A DNA stretch of 63,965 nucleotides, counting the filler, from Piptocephalis cylindrospora (taxonomy: Eukaryota), in NCBI GenBank assembly GCA_003614145.1. It is 4 parts of 4 records of this genome, joined end to end, with 100 filler letters (N's around TTAATTAATTAA, not from the genome) between each part and the next. Parts side by side here need not be neighbours in the genome. Positions count along the whole stretch, not along the records: positions 1 to 15,961 come from KZ987877.1; 3 more parts are not named here. One strand, written 5' to 3'. The position numbers were made by a program, and so were the translations under genes. The notes under the pieces are model-generated. The model was given only the letters and a program-made list of their open reading frames with translations, did no database searches and was not told where the DNA came from. Below, piece by piece: positions 1-11,966 of this stretch (position 1 is its first letter; the number at the start of each line of letters is the position of its first letter).

Positions 1-515
1 ATGTAGATGGAGGGTTTCTTTTTGGTTTCATCATCCTTATCTTCCTCTTCTTCCGTGTCACCTCCGTCTTCGCGGTTGGCCTTGGCTGCGGTGGGCTTCA
101 TATGCACTAGATACATCTCGTTCTTGTAGATAATGTGGAACTTTTGATTGTCCTCGGGGAGAATGTCGAAGCCTAGGATCTTCCCATCCTCCTCACATTC
201 TCCAGCAACTTGAATGACAAACCCACCGGTGGTCAGGCCCCGAATCCCCTGGGTAATGAGCCATGATACGGCAGCGTAGTAGGGATTGGAAACTGACTGA
301 CTGTACTGGTTGTACCGGCTAGGATCGACACGGAAGGATATGTCATCTGAATTGGCAGTTCGGCGCTTCCATAGGATCTCCCAGATTAGCGTGGCGATGT
401 CCATGAAAGATACCACAAGGGTGGAGAGCATGGAGAAGATGAACATGTCCACCATGGGTATACCTGACAGAATTCGGTCATCCATGAACATGGGAAGCCA
501 GGACATCAGGATCAT
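1..515 (-). CDS. 5' part of a gene running off the left edge; resembles the N-terminus of BCS1-like AAA ATPases (tentative)
   Basis: Open frame from ATG 515 to the window edge, not in the ORF track: MILMSWLPMFMDDRILSGIPMVDMFIFSMLSTLVVSFMDIATLIWEILWKRR...FRVDPSRYNQYSQSVSNPYYAAVSWLITQG...KKKPSIY. It has an N-terminal TM, a basic stop-transfer and an N-x2-Y-x-A-V-x-W motif. The ATPase domain itself is not in the window. Confidence 0.45.
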   Translation of the reverse strand, partial: MILMSWLPMFMDDRILSGIPMVDMFIFSMLSTLVVSFMDIATLIWEILWKRRTANSDDISFRVDPSRYNQYSQSVSNPYYAAVSWLITQGIRGLTTGGFVIQVAGECEEDGKILGFDILPEDNQKFHIIYKNEMYLVHMKPTAAKANREDGGDTEEEEDKDDETKKKPSIY

Positions 516-1579
516 TTGAACCTGGGTAGTGGTAAAGAGATTGAAGAGAGGCCGAAGCTTCTCCACGGCTTTCTCACGAAAATCGGACATTATGCTGGAA
601 AGAGTGGATGGGGTGATGGATGCTGGGATGCAGGGAAAGGGATAATGTTGGATAAAACAGAGAAGAGAGGTTGGGATAAAGCAACACTAGATGACGCTGT
701 GATGAGGATGGGGATACTGATGGGAATATGGGAAGATGTGGATGGGTTGGAGGCGTGGAGGAATGTGGTTTAGCCCATCAAAACCAGTGACTTTTATAAT
801 GGCTTTTAGTCTCCTCTATCCCCTCGTCCTATCTATGCTTCTCCATCAAGAAACGATTGACGATGACAGACGGCGTCATCCTATGCCACCGTTGTGCGAT
901 TTCCGTGCCTGCTCAAGCTGGTGAATCCAGGGTGACTCATCATGTGTGCAATAGGGACGACTGAACCGTCAGTGTTACTCATCCTCCCTGTACCCTGTCA
1001 TCTCCCAGCCACCCGCTTTAGTGTCAGATAGAGTTTGGTGTGAGAGTGGACGTGTCAGCTCCGCCTCAGTCACCGCAAATTCTCAGCAGCGCGCTCACGC
1101 TCCCTCTCTGTCCCCTTCGATCTTCCTTCTCCGCGATCTATCCTTCTCATGCGTGTTTACTCTGATACCTGTCGCCCGCTAGATCAGTGCCAGGTTGGCA
1201 AGTATTCTAGATAGAGATGGCAATGCATTCACAGAGCCGCACACATCTGTCAGAGTGACTCGAACCATTCATCTTGCTTCACATTTGGGGAAAATGTGGT
1301 GGGTGGATCAGCGATCCTCCACCGCCCCCTCTCCAATTATTCCAACAAAAGGCAACAAAACTGCCATATACTTTTAAATCCGTCCGTTTTGGCTGTGCTT
1401 CCCTGCCTTTCAACCGATATATTTTCTTGCCTCCCACTTGGCATTTCCATTGTGAAACCCTCAGAACCTTGGCTGTGTCACCTCACTATGAATAACCATC
1501 ATCTAGAGGTCGTGCGTCATCGTCTATCAACATCCCTGTGTCTTTGGCTTTGTACCACTTCTTTCATCCTAACAAGGTC

Positions 1580-2947
1580 ATGTCAATCCTTGCACATCAC
1601 AGTCCTGCCGATGCTCTGGATCAGGCTACTTGGCTCCGTGTCTTGTCCTACCTCGATCCACCCACCCTTCAGCAGCTTTGCCAAGTAAGTCCAGAGGGCC
1701 ATATCCTCGTCTACAGTTTACAACCTCAGGGTCCTATTGACCCGTCCTTGTCCTAGGTGTCCCACCATTTCCGTCGGCTGGCCTCAGCAAATCACTTATG
1801 GAAACCTTGGACATTGGCTCATTATCCTCTGGCCCACCCGCCTAACCTATACTTTCAACCCAACCTCCATCCTAGGGGTCCAAGGAAATGGAAGTTTACT
1901 ATATCGGCACCTGAGGTGGACCCACGAGCCTATCTCAATACCCTCTCTTCATGGAAAGCCACTTACAGAGCGGATTGCATCCGTCGTCGCGTCCATCCCA
2001 GTCAACCGACCACCAAACCCGCCAGGCAGAAACATCAACTCTACCCGATCGTGTCGACGTCTTCCGCCTCCCAGACCACCTCCCGACCGCCATGCACTTC
2101 ATGCGGAAGACCAATCAGAGCTTGTCTATGTCCAATCCTCCAGACCATTCAGCCCCATGATAATGCTACATGTCATATTCTCATCCTTCAGGTATGTCGA
2201 GTTGAATTGGAATGATTATGAATGTGACTTCAATCATCTTTATATGCTTCTTCCTAGCATCCCAAATGCCAAGTAAGCATTGGTACTCTTCGGATCCTCA
2301 TGCGCGCTTTCACCCATATACAAACCATATGTGATGTGGACTTTTCTCCCGGTCGATATGCAGGTTAGTGGATGGCGACCCAACTGAAAATGAGATGAGG
2401 GGCATTAGCCTATTAATAATCCTACTCACATTCACGAGTTTTCTATATCATCGCACCCCAGAATTGGACTGTTTATTGGATGCGCCTAATGATGGAAAGG
2501 CTGCTCTTCTCTTTCCCTCTCCTCACTCGCTAGATGCTGTGTCATGGGCCTCCTCCTCCACAGCACCATTCACATCGCCTCGGACCCTCATTGCCATTGA
2601 TGGCACATGGTCACACGCAAAGTCACTTCTCCATTATAACCCTCATCTCCTTTCCCGTCTTCCTGCCATACATCTCCCCTCACCTCCTCCTTCGGTTTTT
2701 GGTTTACTTAAACCTGAACCCAAGGTACACTGTGTCTCTACGGCCGAGGCGATGGCACAAGCCATTGGATGGGTGTGCCTGGGGAATGGGGAAGCCCTTC
2801 TTCCGGTAAGTCCATGATTTCTGCCCGTATATAATGGGCATCTCAGTGCCCACATCTCCTGCTCACCTCCATTTGCTTTATACACACTAGCCAATTACCC
2901 GATGTATTGAGCAGCTAGTTCATTTACAGAAAGCATATACTGACTAA
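1580..2947 (+). CDS. F-box + DTW-domain protein (DTWD2/TapT-like tRNA-uridine aminocarboxypropyltransferase domain), about 5 exons
   Basis: Introns at 1685-1756, 2192-2257, about 2364-2440 (acceptor uncertain) and 2806-2890. F-box: LDQATWLRVLSYLDPPTLQQLCQ|VSHHFRRLASANHLWK...SSWKATY. DTW domain: RPPCTSCGRPIRACLC, ILILQ|HP, ALLFPS, LIAIDGTWSHAKSL, EPKVHCVSTAEA. Stop TAA at 2945-2947. Confidence 0.85.
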
Positions 2948-3122
2948 GGATAATATCAAATAGGGGTAAAAATAGAATTATATACCTAGGAATATAGCAC
3001 CCTCTGCAGCACCTTCCCCTCCCCCCTCTCCCCATATTATCCTCCTTCTCACATAAAATCCTAAAGCCCCTCCATCCTGTTTAGCTGGACCTCATGGAGG
3101 GTTAGATGATTCATATGCATAA

Positions 3123-6100
3123 TCACGTCGAAAAAATTTTCTTAGTTTTTTTCAAAAGTCGATACCATTTATGCTTTCGGATTTTGGGGCCTTGGGAAGT
3201 AAGATCCTCCTGTCGATAATATTGCTGGGCTGGACCATAACCCTCGTCGGTGCCTCGGTCCTTGGAGTAACATTCTGCGAGCTTAGGCGGCGCCTTTTCC
3301 ACGCCTTGGGTGGTGGTCCGATGGAGGAGGACTGAGGTCTTTTTGGGGTCCTCCTCAACGCATGATAGCTGGTACATGGACTCTCCATCCCCATTTTCCA
3401 CTCCTTGCTGCAATGGTTGGATGGCTTCCTTTGTCCTCACCTCTTCATCCTTTTTGGATGGATCATTCAGGAGGAGTTGGGCGTGAATGATTCTGGCCGG
3501 CTCGTACTTGCGGTAAAGGGACTTCCGGGAAAGTGCCAAGGCCTCCTCATATCTCTTTGGATCCTCACAGATATCCCGAGCGTACAACGCCATTGCCTCA
3601 GGCACCCCCATATCTGAGGCCTTCTTCAGATGTTGCTCAGCTACCTGCAAGTTCAAGGGAATCTCCATTCCCTGGGAGTATACCTGGTACAGGCAGAGGT
3701 GAGCTTCACCACTTCCTAAACTTGCTGCGCGAGTCCACATTTTTAGAGCACAGCTCATTTCCGGTTCTCCCCCTATACCCCAGGCATAGCAGTCCCCTAG
3801 AGCCTTGAGCGCCTCGAGATTGCCCATCATTGGATCATACCATACATCGGGCCAGAAGAACGTGGCTAAGGACATAGAGCCACCAGGGGAACCTGGTTGA
3901 GCATAATGCTCCAGCGCCTTTAGCGCTAGCCCCACATCTTTGACACATCCCCGTCCGTAGAGCTTCATCCGTGCCATGGCCGCTGCACACATGAGGCTCT
4001 CCTGGTGAAAACGTTCGTAAAGCTTGGCTGCCGATACCAGATTCACCTCTCCCCCAAACCCCTCCTCCTCCATTCGACCTAGGAGGTATGCCGCATTCGG
4101 CAAGGAGCTCATCATGGCCCGTTCACACAACCTTCGTACCTTCTTCGGGTCTTGAGTCATTTCGGAACCCTTGTAGTACAGGAAAGCCAAGATCATATCC
4201 TGCTTCGTGGATGGTGTTTGAGCATTTTCCGAGAGCATTTGGATGGCGCGTGACACATCCAGAGGTTTCCCATCACCTGTGGCATAACAGTAAGCTAGGC
4301 AGTCTCGAATCATCTGCGTAGGATGCTCCTCTTTTTCCCAGACCCGCACGGCCTCCTCCTTGTCCTCAGAAACCCCAAGGCCAAAGTAAAGCATTACCCC
4401 GTGGAAATAGTGGCAAATGGATTTGAGGGTACGGATGTCGTAATCAGCGTAAAGGGACTCGAGGACCCATTTACTTTGACAGGGCATTTCCTCGGTCCTC
4501 TCATGCACTAGCATTTCCTGGTATTGCCTATATGCTGCAGCATACCATGGGCCAGGATCCTCGTTCTTCAGACGCTGTCGAACCAAGAGAAGGTGCTCGA
4601 ATAGGAGCTGGTAGGCTAGGACACATCCCATGTCGAAGCACTTTCTCCCATACTTATCCTTTCCTTCAACATCCCCGGTCGAGAGAGCCATATAGAGGAG
4701 GCCAAGGTACCCCTCAGGCCGATCTTGGTCCGCAGATTGATGGATCAACTTGGCAGCCAGACTTTTGTCCTTGATGCAGCCTTCCCCCTCCCAGAGAAGG
4801 TAGGCGTACTTGGCCTTGGCCGGAGCGTATTTTAAGGAGTGTGCGCGTCGAAGAAAGGCGTATTTGACAGCACTGGTGCATCTCGTATTCTCGGCCCTCT
4901 CGGCAGACATGGCATACAGTGTCTGGGCCTCTGGATTGTTTTGAATCGCGGCACGTAGGAGCCACATGCATGCCAGGTGACGTGAGGGCCTCAATCCCTC
5001 TTTACCATCCATGTACGCTTTACCCAGGGCAAGAAGGGAGGCACAATCCCCTTTATAGGCTTTGTAGTAGGTTTCTTGAAGTCCAGTAGGGATTTCCTCT
5101 TCTGCACCGCACATCTCAGCGGTTTCTTCCTGAAGCATTGCATATGCCTTTTTATCTTTGACCGTGGCCAAGTTCACATCCTCTTCCTCGATGAACTTGA
5201 CGAAGACACTGGGCATGGTGACAATAACTGACTTTCTCCAGTCAATCCATAGTCGATACCACTCGCGAATACCCTCCTTAAGCCTTTTCACTTTTTCCTA
5301 CAAGTGATACATAATACAATATGACAGTTAGTGTGTAGTCCTAATGGAAAGGAGAGATATTGACCAAAGATCTTTGGTGCAAAGCGTCCATAAACAAGTA
5401 AAGCTTGGCCTTTACACTTACCTCTTCAGGTGGAATGATGGCGGAAACATATTTGGTGGAAACCTTGGTAGCGTTATCCACAAAGCGCGTCCACGTCTTT
5501 TGTACGCTTTCTCCCGGGACATGCTCAAGGAGCGACTTGGTTTGATTCAAGTCCTCACGGATATCACGTAGAAGGTCCGAGGTTAGTGTCCGGACGGAAG
5601 GATTATTTTTAGCCGGCCTCTGGTCCATGGATAACTCAGAAGACTTGATGGAATCACTAAAGTTCTCAACTTCTTTGATCTGCGCGGTCAACTTTGCCCC
5701 ATTAATCTGGGGACTCATATTAGCATCTGTAGGTATTCCAGTATTATTCTCCTTGAACGATTCTATTGAGATCGCAGAATCTTGATGGATCGGTTGAGGA
5801 GGGGTTGTCTCATGTACGGCCATCTGGTTATTCACTCTCCCCGGATCCAGTCTATTTGCCAGAACTGTTACTCCCTTTCGAAAGACTTGTAAAAAGTGAT
5901 TGGAGATGAGAGCCGAGGTGCTTGAAAGGTCCCCTAGAGCCTTTCCCGGATGTTGAAGGATGGTAGCGCATTCCAATGAGAGCTCCCGTAGTTTCTCAGT
6001 CAACCTGAGTAAGGCATATAAATGGGGCTCTTCTTCATCTGGAGGTAACTGATAGTTGAGGTGATCCAAAACCTTAAGAACCCTAGAGGCTTCCAGTTTG

Positions 6101-8171
6101 GGGATGGGAACCATAGAAAAAATGGTCTTTTCTGAACTTCTCAGTACATCAAAGGCTAGGGAGAGTTTATGCTCATGGCACAAGTGAAGAACAGGACGTT
6201 CGTCAAGAAGTTTAAGGATTTCGGATTTTAAATGTCGATGACTTGAATCAGAAGAAAATCGATGAGTAATATAGCTTTAGAAGAGATGTAGGATATAACA
6301 ATGGCGCAATTTCGTGTACTTACGTAAAGATCCGGGAATGATGTGCCTTATGAGCATGGTAGATGATCCAGTCTCCTGGTAAAATCTTGGATGATTCCTT
6401 GGGGAAAACCGCATTGACCTCTTCAATTTCAATCCTTTCTCTGTTGTTCTCCACGGAATCCGCAGATCTTTGGACCTCGGCACCATTTTTTAGGGGAAAG
6501 CATTGAGACATAAACAAGCCAAAAGCCTTCGTAGCCCCAATGTCCGATGCAACCATCTTCTTTAAAATTCGCTCCAGCTGATCTCGGTCAATGGTACGTC
6601 CTAGATGGCTCAAGTTCCATTCGTGCCGAAGGATCCGATGCTGGACGTACTTTGGATAGTGAATGTACTCGGCGGTATTCTCTTCTGGGATGACCAAGTC
6701 CTCCTCCTCAATATCATCATCTGCATTGCATTCGGATGTTGTCTTCTGCAATCCAATATCCCTGGCCATCCTGGTGTCTAATCCAGCGATAAGGTATGAT
6801 TTTTTCTGGGAGAAATTGTGCGATGATGGATCATCAGTAAGAGAAGCAATGAGGAAGATTGGGCGGGAACCGTTTAATACTCATTTTCTGGTATACCTTG
6901 AGTTGAATCAAAGTAAGGCGCTTCTCCGGATCCTTGTACAACATATCCTGTGCAAGATGGAAAAGGGCCAGATGAGGAATATCTTTCTTGGACAGGGGAA
7001 GCTCTTCCTCCTGGGAAAGGATGACAGCCATGGCAGCTTCATTTCCAACATGATCTCCCCAGATAGGCTTATCCGTGGCCATCCAGTAGATTATCTGCCC
7101 AAAAGAGAATATGTCCATAGCAAGAGTTGCGCGTGCATGCTTACCGCTCCCCGAGGCTCGGATGACCTCAGGGGCGCAAAAATCCACAGTTCCGCGTTCT
7201 ACTTTCTCCCCGACACTAAAGGAGAATGAAGGCTCAAAGCTGAATAAGTTGGTCGTTCTTGACAAAGAAGTACTTTCGTCATCATTCTTAATAGTAGTGA
7301 CAATTAAAGTACTTACGCACAACTAGAGTCAAAATCGATCAGTTTCCAAATCCCCCTCTCCTCTCCGTTGGCCTTGAATCTCATGACGTTTCCAGGTTTC
7401 AGGTCACAATGCACTAGGCCCAGGAAAAAATAGTCAGAATTATGGAGTTGAACGAATAGAGTCATTTGGATGGATCATGAGCCATGAAAGGAATAGACCA
7501 TCTAGAGCTCCTACCGATACAGAGCTTCTGTAGAGCCGATAGACCTGATGCAATGTCCTAGAGATATTAGCCGGTTAGAAATAACAATTGAGGATTGAAT
7601 ATAACCTAATCTGGATCCTCTTACCAGTATAATTGTTTTGAGGAAAGTCTCAGAGATGGGACGCTTATTCCAACCCCAATCCTGTAAACTGACCTCACCG
7701 AGCTCGACAACGATGAGCCAGTGTGGTGTAAGAGAGGTTTCCTCCTCCTCATCGTCGAAGCAGTCATCAAGGGAAATGATGTTCTGGGACAGATCATAGA
7801 AAGGGTGAGAAGGCCTGCTATTCGACTCAAACTACACCCTAAAGCCAAATTGGGTCGATTCTTACGGGAGAGGGGCACCTCTGAAGCTGCGTAAGGATGT
7901 CAACCTCTTTTTGGTACGTATCTCGATTATGACAAAATTTAATCATGACTTTCTTGTCTAGTCGGTTGAGTGCCGGGCGTAAAACGGACATTCCTCCCTT
8001 GTTCATCTCCTTTTGGATGGTGTACTGCTCGTACAGCTCGGTACCAGCCTCTAGTAAATGTTGAGTTGATCAAAAAGGAAGAAATGATTGGACACTGTGA
8101 GAGCCACTCAGGAGTGGAGAGTCAAGAGACTCCTTACCGTAGTCTTCTGGAGATATACGCTTCGCAAGCAT
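3123..8171 (-). CDS. Large multi-exon protein: N-terminal Ser/Thr-type protein kinase, unknown central region, C-terminal SEL1-like repeats
   Basis: Spliced kinase motifs: NKGGMSVL, VMIKF...YQKEVDIL, LIVVELGE, DIASGLSALQKL|GLVHCDLKPGNV, WKLIDFD, GTVDFCAPE, MDIFSFG, DPEKRLT. In-frame GT-AG joins LK|KKSYLIAG, RIFT|YITHRF and PPEE|EKVKRL link the kinase to ORF 3123-5291, which has many SEL1 repeats (A-x3-LG-x2-Y-x2-G-x-G...A-x2-W/Y-x3-AA). Confidence 0.85.
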
Positions 8172-10405
8172 GATGAAATGGATAACTGCCTTTTACCCTA
8201 GAGTCACTAAGGTTGAGTCTGAAGGTTACGATGTGTTTTTGACAAAGAAAGAATGGATGGAAAGAGGAAAGAAAAAGTAGTGATGAACCATGTAAAGGCC
8301 GGTTTCCAGTCTCGTTTGGGGGATAATTTTATACCATTGTAAGGTTTGAAAGAGGCAGTACCTTTAAGTAGAATACCGCAGATCCTGTCATGGGGCTGGT
8401 CCAAGGATGATGGTGGCCTTTTACAAAGAGTAGCCTGATCCAATTTAATATACAGAAAAAGAAGGGGAACCTTTCTCTTCACATTGATGTTATTGGACAT
8501 CCCACTCCAACCTTCTGCCCTTTCTTCCTTGCCCAGTATTTGTCGAACCTACCTCATCCTTTCCCACCTGCTCGCTTCTACCACTAGGCTGATCTGAAGG
8601 GTTTTCTGTCGATCTTTTCTTCAATGCAAAAACACCCGGCACGACTAAACTCCGAAAGTCAGCGCGTCAACTCCGACAAGACCTTGCGTCACATCGACAG
8701 TACCGCTCCCCAACATGTATCTGGGGTCCTAGTCAAGATTGATTGGTACGTAGGGGCAGCTCAATCCACAAAAATAAAAGCCCTTCTCGACCCCCTAGTG
8801 ATAGCACCTCATGGCTTAGCTATCTTAGTCGTCTTTCCATCTATAGGCCATGGTTGTCCCATGAGGGCTATGACTTACATAATGGAATCCGTATGGATAG
8901 GCTTGAAAGGGGCAGCATGAGTGAGCCAAATGAATATTCTGAAGCCCGAGTTACGTTGGCCGATCGGGTGAGGGAGGAGGAGTGGATAGGCATGGCCTAA
9001 CGAGCGGGAAAGACTGAGTTTTCCCCTCAGGGACTATTGGCCCTGATGACCTTTTTCCTGGGGACAAGTAGGCGCAAATATTCCCAACTTCGTTCCGGAT
9101 CAATTTCTCCTGATCCCTGAGCGCAGCCCATGACCCAACCCCCAGTTGCGATGACACCAATTTCCGAGATGATACTAAGAAATAACTCCCTGATGCCCTT
9201 GCCCTCATTGGATGACGTATTTGGGGTATCTAAGGAATTCTTTTTGTCTTTCGTTAACTCTTTTCTGCTCTTAGCGACAAAGCCAAGCTATTCTATCAAG
9301 CTATCCCTCCCCTCCACCAAGGTTGGACAACGCACCCATGAAAAAAGACAATGCCTCATCCATCTAATCAGGAGTATATTTGCCAAGGTTATAGGCTAGA
9401 CCCCAAGGATTTTGATGCTAAGCCCCAAGGCTGCTCAAGCTTTTGCCGAACCCTGGACCTCCATGAAGCAATTCCATGAGCTTTCATCTCCCAAATGGAT
9501 ATGCTTGATTTTCTCTCAGTAAAACTAGATCACTCATAATAGTATATATAAAAAGGATGATCTAAATCTCCTAGCTGATGAACGGATAGAACCAAGAATA
9601 ATAGTAGAAGACATATTCCAGAAACCCTGGCAAAAGTGCCCAGACAAGGCGAACGACAATGTGATCAAGGAGTCAATATTGACCGAGTATCTCCTGAGCC
9701 ACCCGAGTCGTCCAAGCTCTCTGTGCCCATAATCATTCCCTAAATCCTCTACTTCCCTACCTTCAACATACCCTAGGTCAAAATTAATTTCGAACATGCC
9801 TTGGCTGTGCGTTTCCCCATGAGAATACCTTTTCATTATCAGTACCGACCTTGTGTGTGTCAATTTAAGTCAGCGACACAGTTTGCCAAGGAGGGGCCTA
9901 CTTTATCAGTTCCTATTGGTCACCCCAGGTTCCCAGGCCTTTCAAGCCTCCCTTGTGGGCTGGTGACCTGAATAGCTTGACAGGTCCTCTAGAGGCTTAG
10001 CATGTTAAGTAGGACGTGTCTGTCCCGCTTGACGGTGGGAACTATCAGTGGAGGGCACTAGGGAACATACCCTACCACTAAAGATAATTTCAATTCCCGA
10101 TCAAGAAGCAGTGGCACGGTTGCTGGAAAATTCCCATGCTACGCATGTGCTTAATTTCTCAATCTTCATCAGGCTCCTATAACAACATCTGTTCATTTTA
10201 CCTCAGGTTCGCTTACTTCCCACCTCCCAACCTTTATCCTTTCCTTACATCTACATTGCTTGCCCTCTACTGCATTATATCTAGCTATCCTACCTTTCCA
10301 CCCCTTACCTCCAACCATACTCATCGCTCTCTATATATCGCTGACCCCTCTATCGCTTCCATCTCCTCTAAGCCTCATATCCATCACAGAACGTCTTTCT
10401 CCTTG

Positions 10406-11681
10406 ATGGATCTCCAAAAAGATTGGCTGACCCCTACGGATACAACAGGTCTGGCGCCTTGTCGATGGACCGTCAATGCTCGGCGCTGCAGAGATAGTGT
10501 TATCATCACTGCTGGGTATGGTATTTCGACTGGATGTGCTGCCCTCATCATCATACTTCTCCTAGCCTTTATCCTACGCCGAAAGCTTCATCGACAATGG
10601 GGGAAGTCCCTCACACAATGCCCCCCCCTTCTTCTCTTGTGTATCCTGTACATCCTGTGCATGATCTGCTTTATGGTGCATGGAATCATAGTCCTTGTGG
10701 ATCCTCCAACACCCTATTGGGTCCGGGAGGTCATCAGAAGCCTCTCGTATTTTTTCCTCTTCAATGCTCCCGTCCCTCATATTATTCATCTCATCACTAT
10801 GGTGGCACGTATAGATATGGATACAATCCACTATGGCTTGCGTCGGAGGACTATACGGATAATCGTCTTATCTGTACCGTTGTTCCTAGCTACTGCGGGC
10901 CTCCTGAGCATCCTTTCCTATCTCCAAATCGATTATGAGAACCCCAGGGCCTACAAGTGGCTCTACACTTGTGCGTGCATCCTATACATCTATCCGTGCC
11001 TGGTGATCGCCTGGTTCTACCAGGCCTATGCCATGCGGTTTGCCGAGATGATTGATGCACAACTCTCAGAAGTACAGTACAGTCCCTCATTTCCATGGGG
11101 CTTAACCGGTCAGCCCGTCACAATGGAGGATAGGGATTCTGCCGGGGGAATCCCAACTCTGGGGGTCCTAGCCGCCTCGTTGGAAAAGGTAGGCACTTAC
11201 CCATGGTAGATTGATTGAACGCATACGCTTTAAGGGTGTATCAGCCCTATACTCACTTCATTCGCCATGACAGATGAAGTCGTTGTATGCTTTTGCTATG
11301 ATTGGTATTGGATGGTCCATTGTCATTCTGATCATCATGGCGTCAGTCCCTAACGGAGCTCATCAGATCCCCATCTTTAGTATGGTGATGTTCTTTACCC
11401 ACCATGTCTTTACCTCCCTCAGTATCCTCCTGACCATCCTCTTCCTATATTTACGAGGAACAACGAAGTATACTGGAGAAGTGTTACAAGAGAAGGTGGG
11501 ATCGGTGGAACTCAAGAGCCGTCAAGATGAGGACATGATCAGCGTCCGAACCCTTGACCGGAAATGGACTCCTCCTCCTCCTCCCATGGGCCCTCCACCG
11601 CCCTCTTTCTCATCCGCTCATCCCTCAATCTCCTCATATCCTTACATTGATCCACATTTCCAATGGAAGGAGCAAAAATGA
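10406..11681 (+). CDS. Seven-transmembrane (GPCR-like) orphan membrane protein, paralog A
   Basis: ATG 10406 and an in-frame intron 11189-11273. Seven hydrophobic segments, N-terminal APCRWTVNARRCRD motif and a Pro-rich cytosolic tail. Confidence 0.75.
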
Positions 11682-11966
11682 GTGGAATGCATGTTTATAT
11701 CCCTTCTCCCTTTTTTAAGATGTCATATTTTGAACAATTGCTGCCGCTCATTCACCGTACTGTGTAATACTGGTGGAGCCTTTGAATTGATGAAGTATGA
11801 AGGTGTAGATCTATGAGTCATCATCATGCGACTGATCGTTCTGATCGGTGGTCCTAACCATAACGATTGATGCGATAGTCTTGAGTCTACCATAGTCATT
11901 ATCCCTCCCCTGTCACTCCACTCACTCACCCTTCACTCTTCTCACACTTTACCTACTCCTTCAATT

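Noticed and set aside
8600..10100. Short protein-like ORF fragments (e.g. LADERIEPRIIVEDIFQKPW) suggesting a decayed gene or element
   Set aside because: Frequent stops, no recognisable motif, no terminal repeats; no call can be supported.
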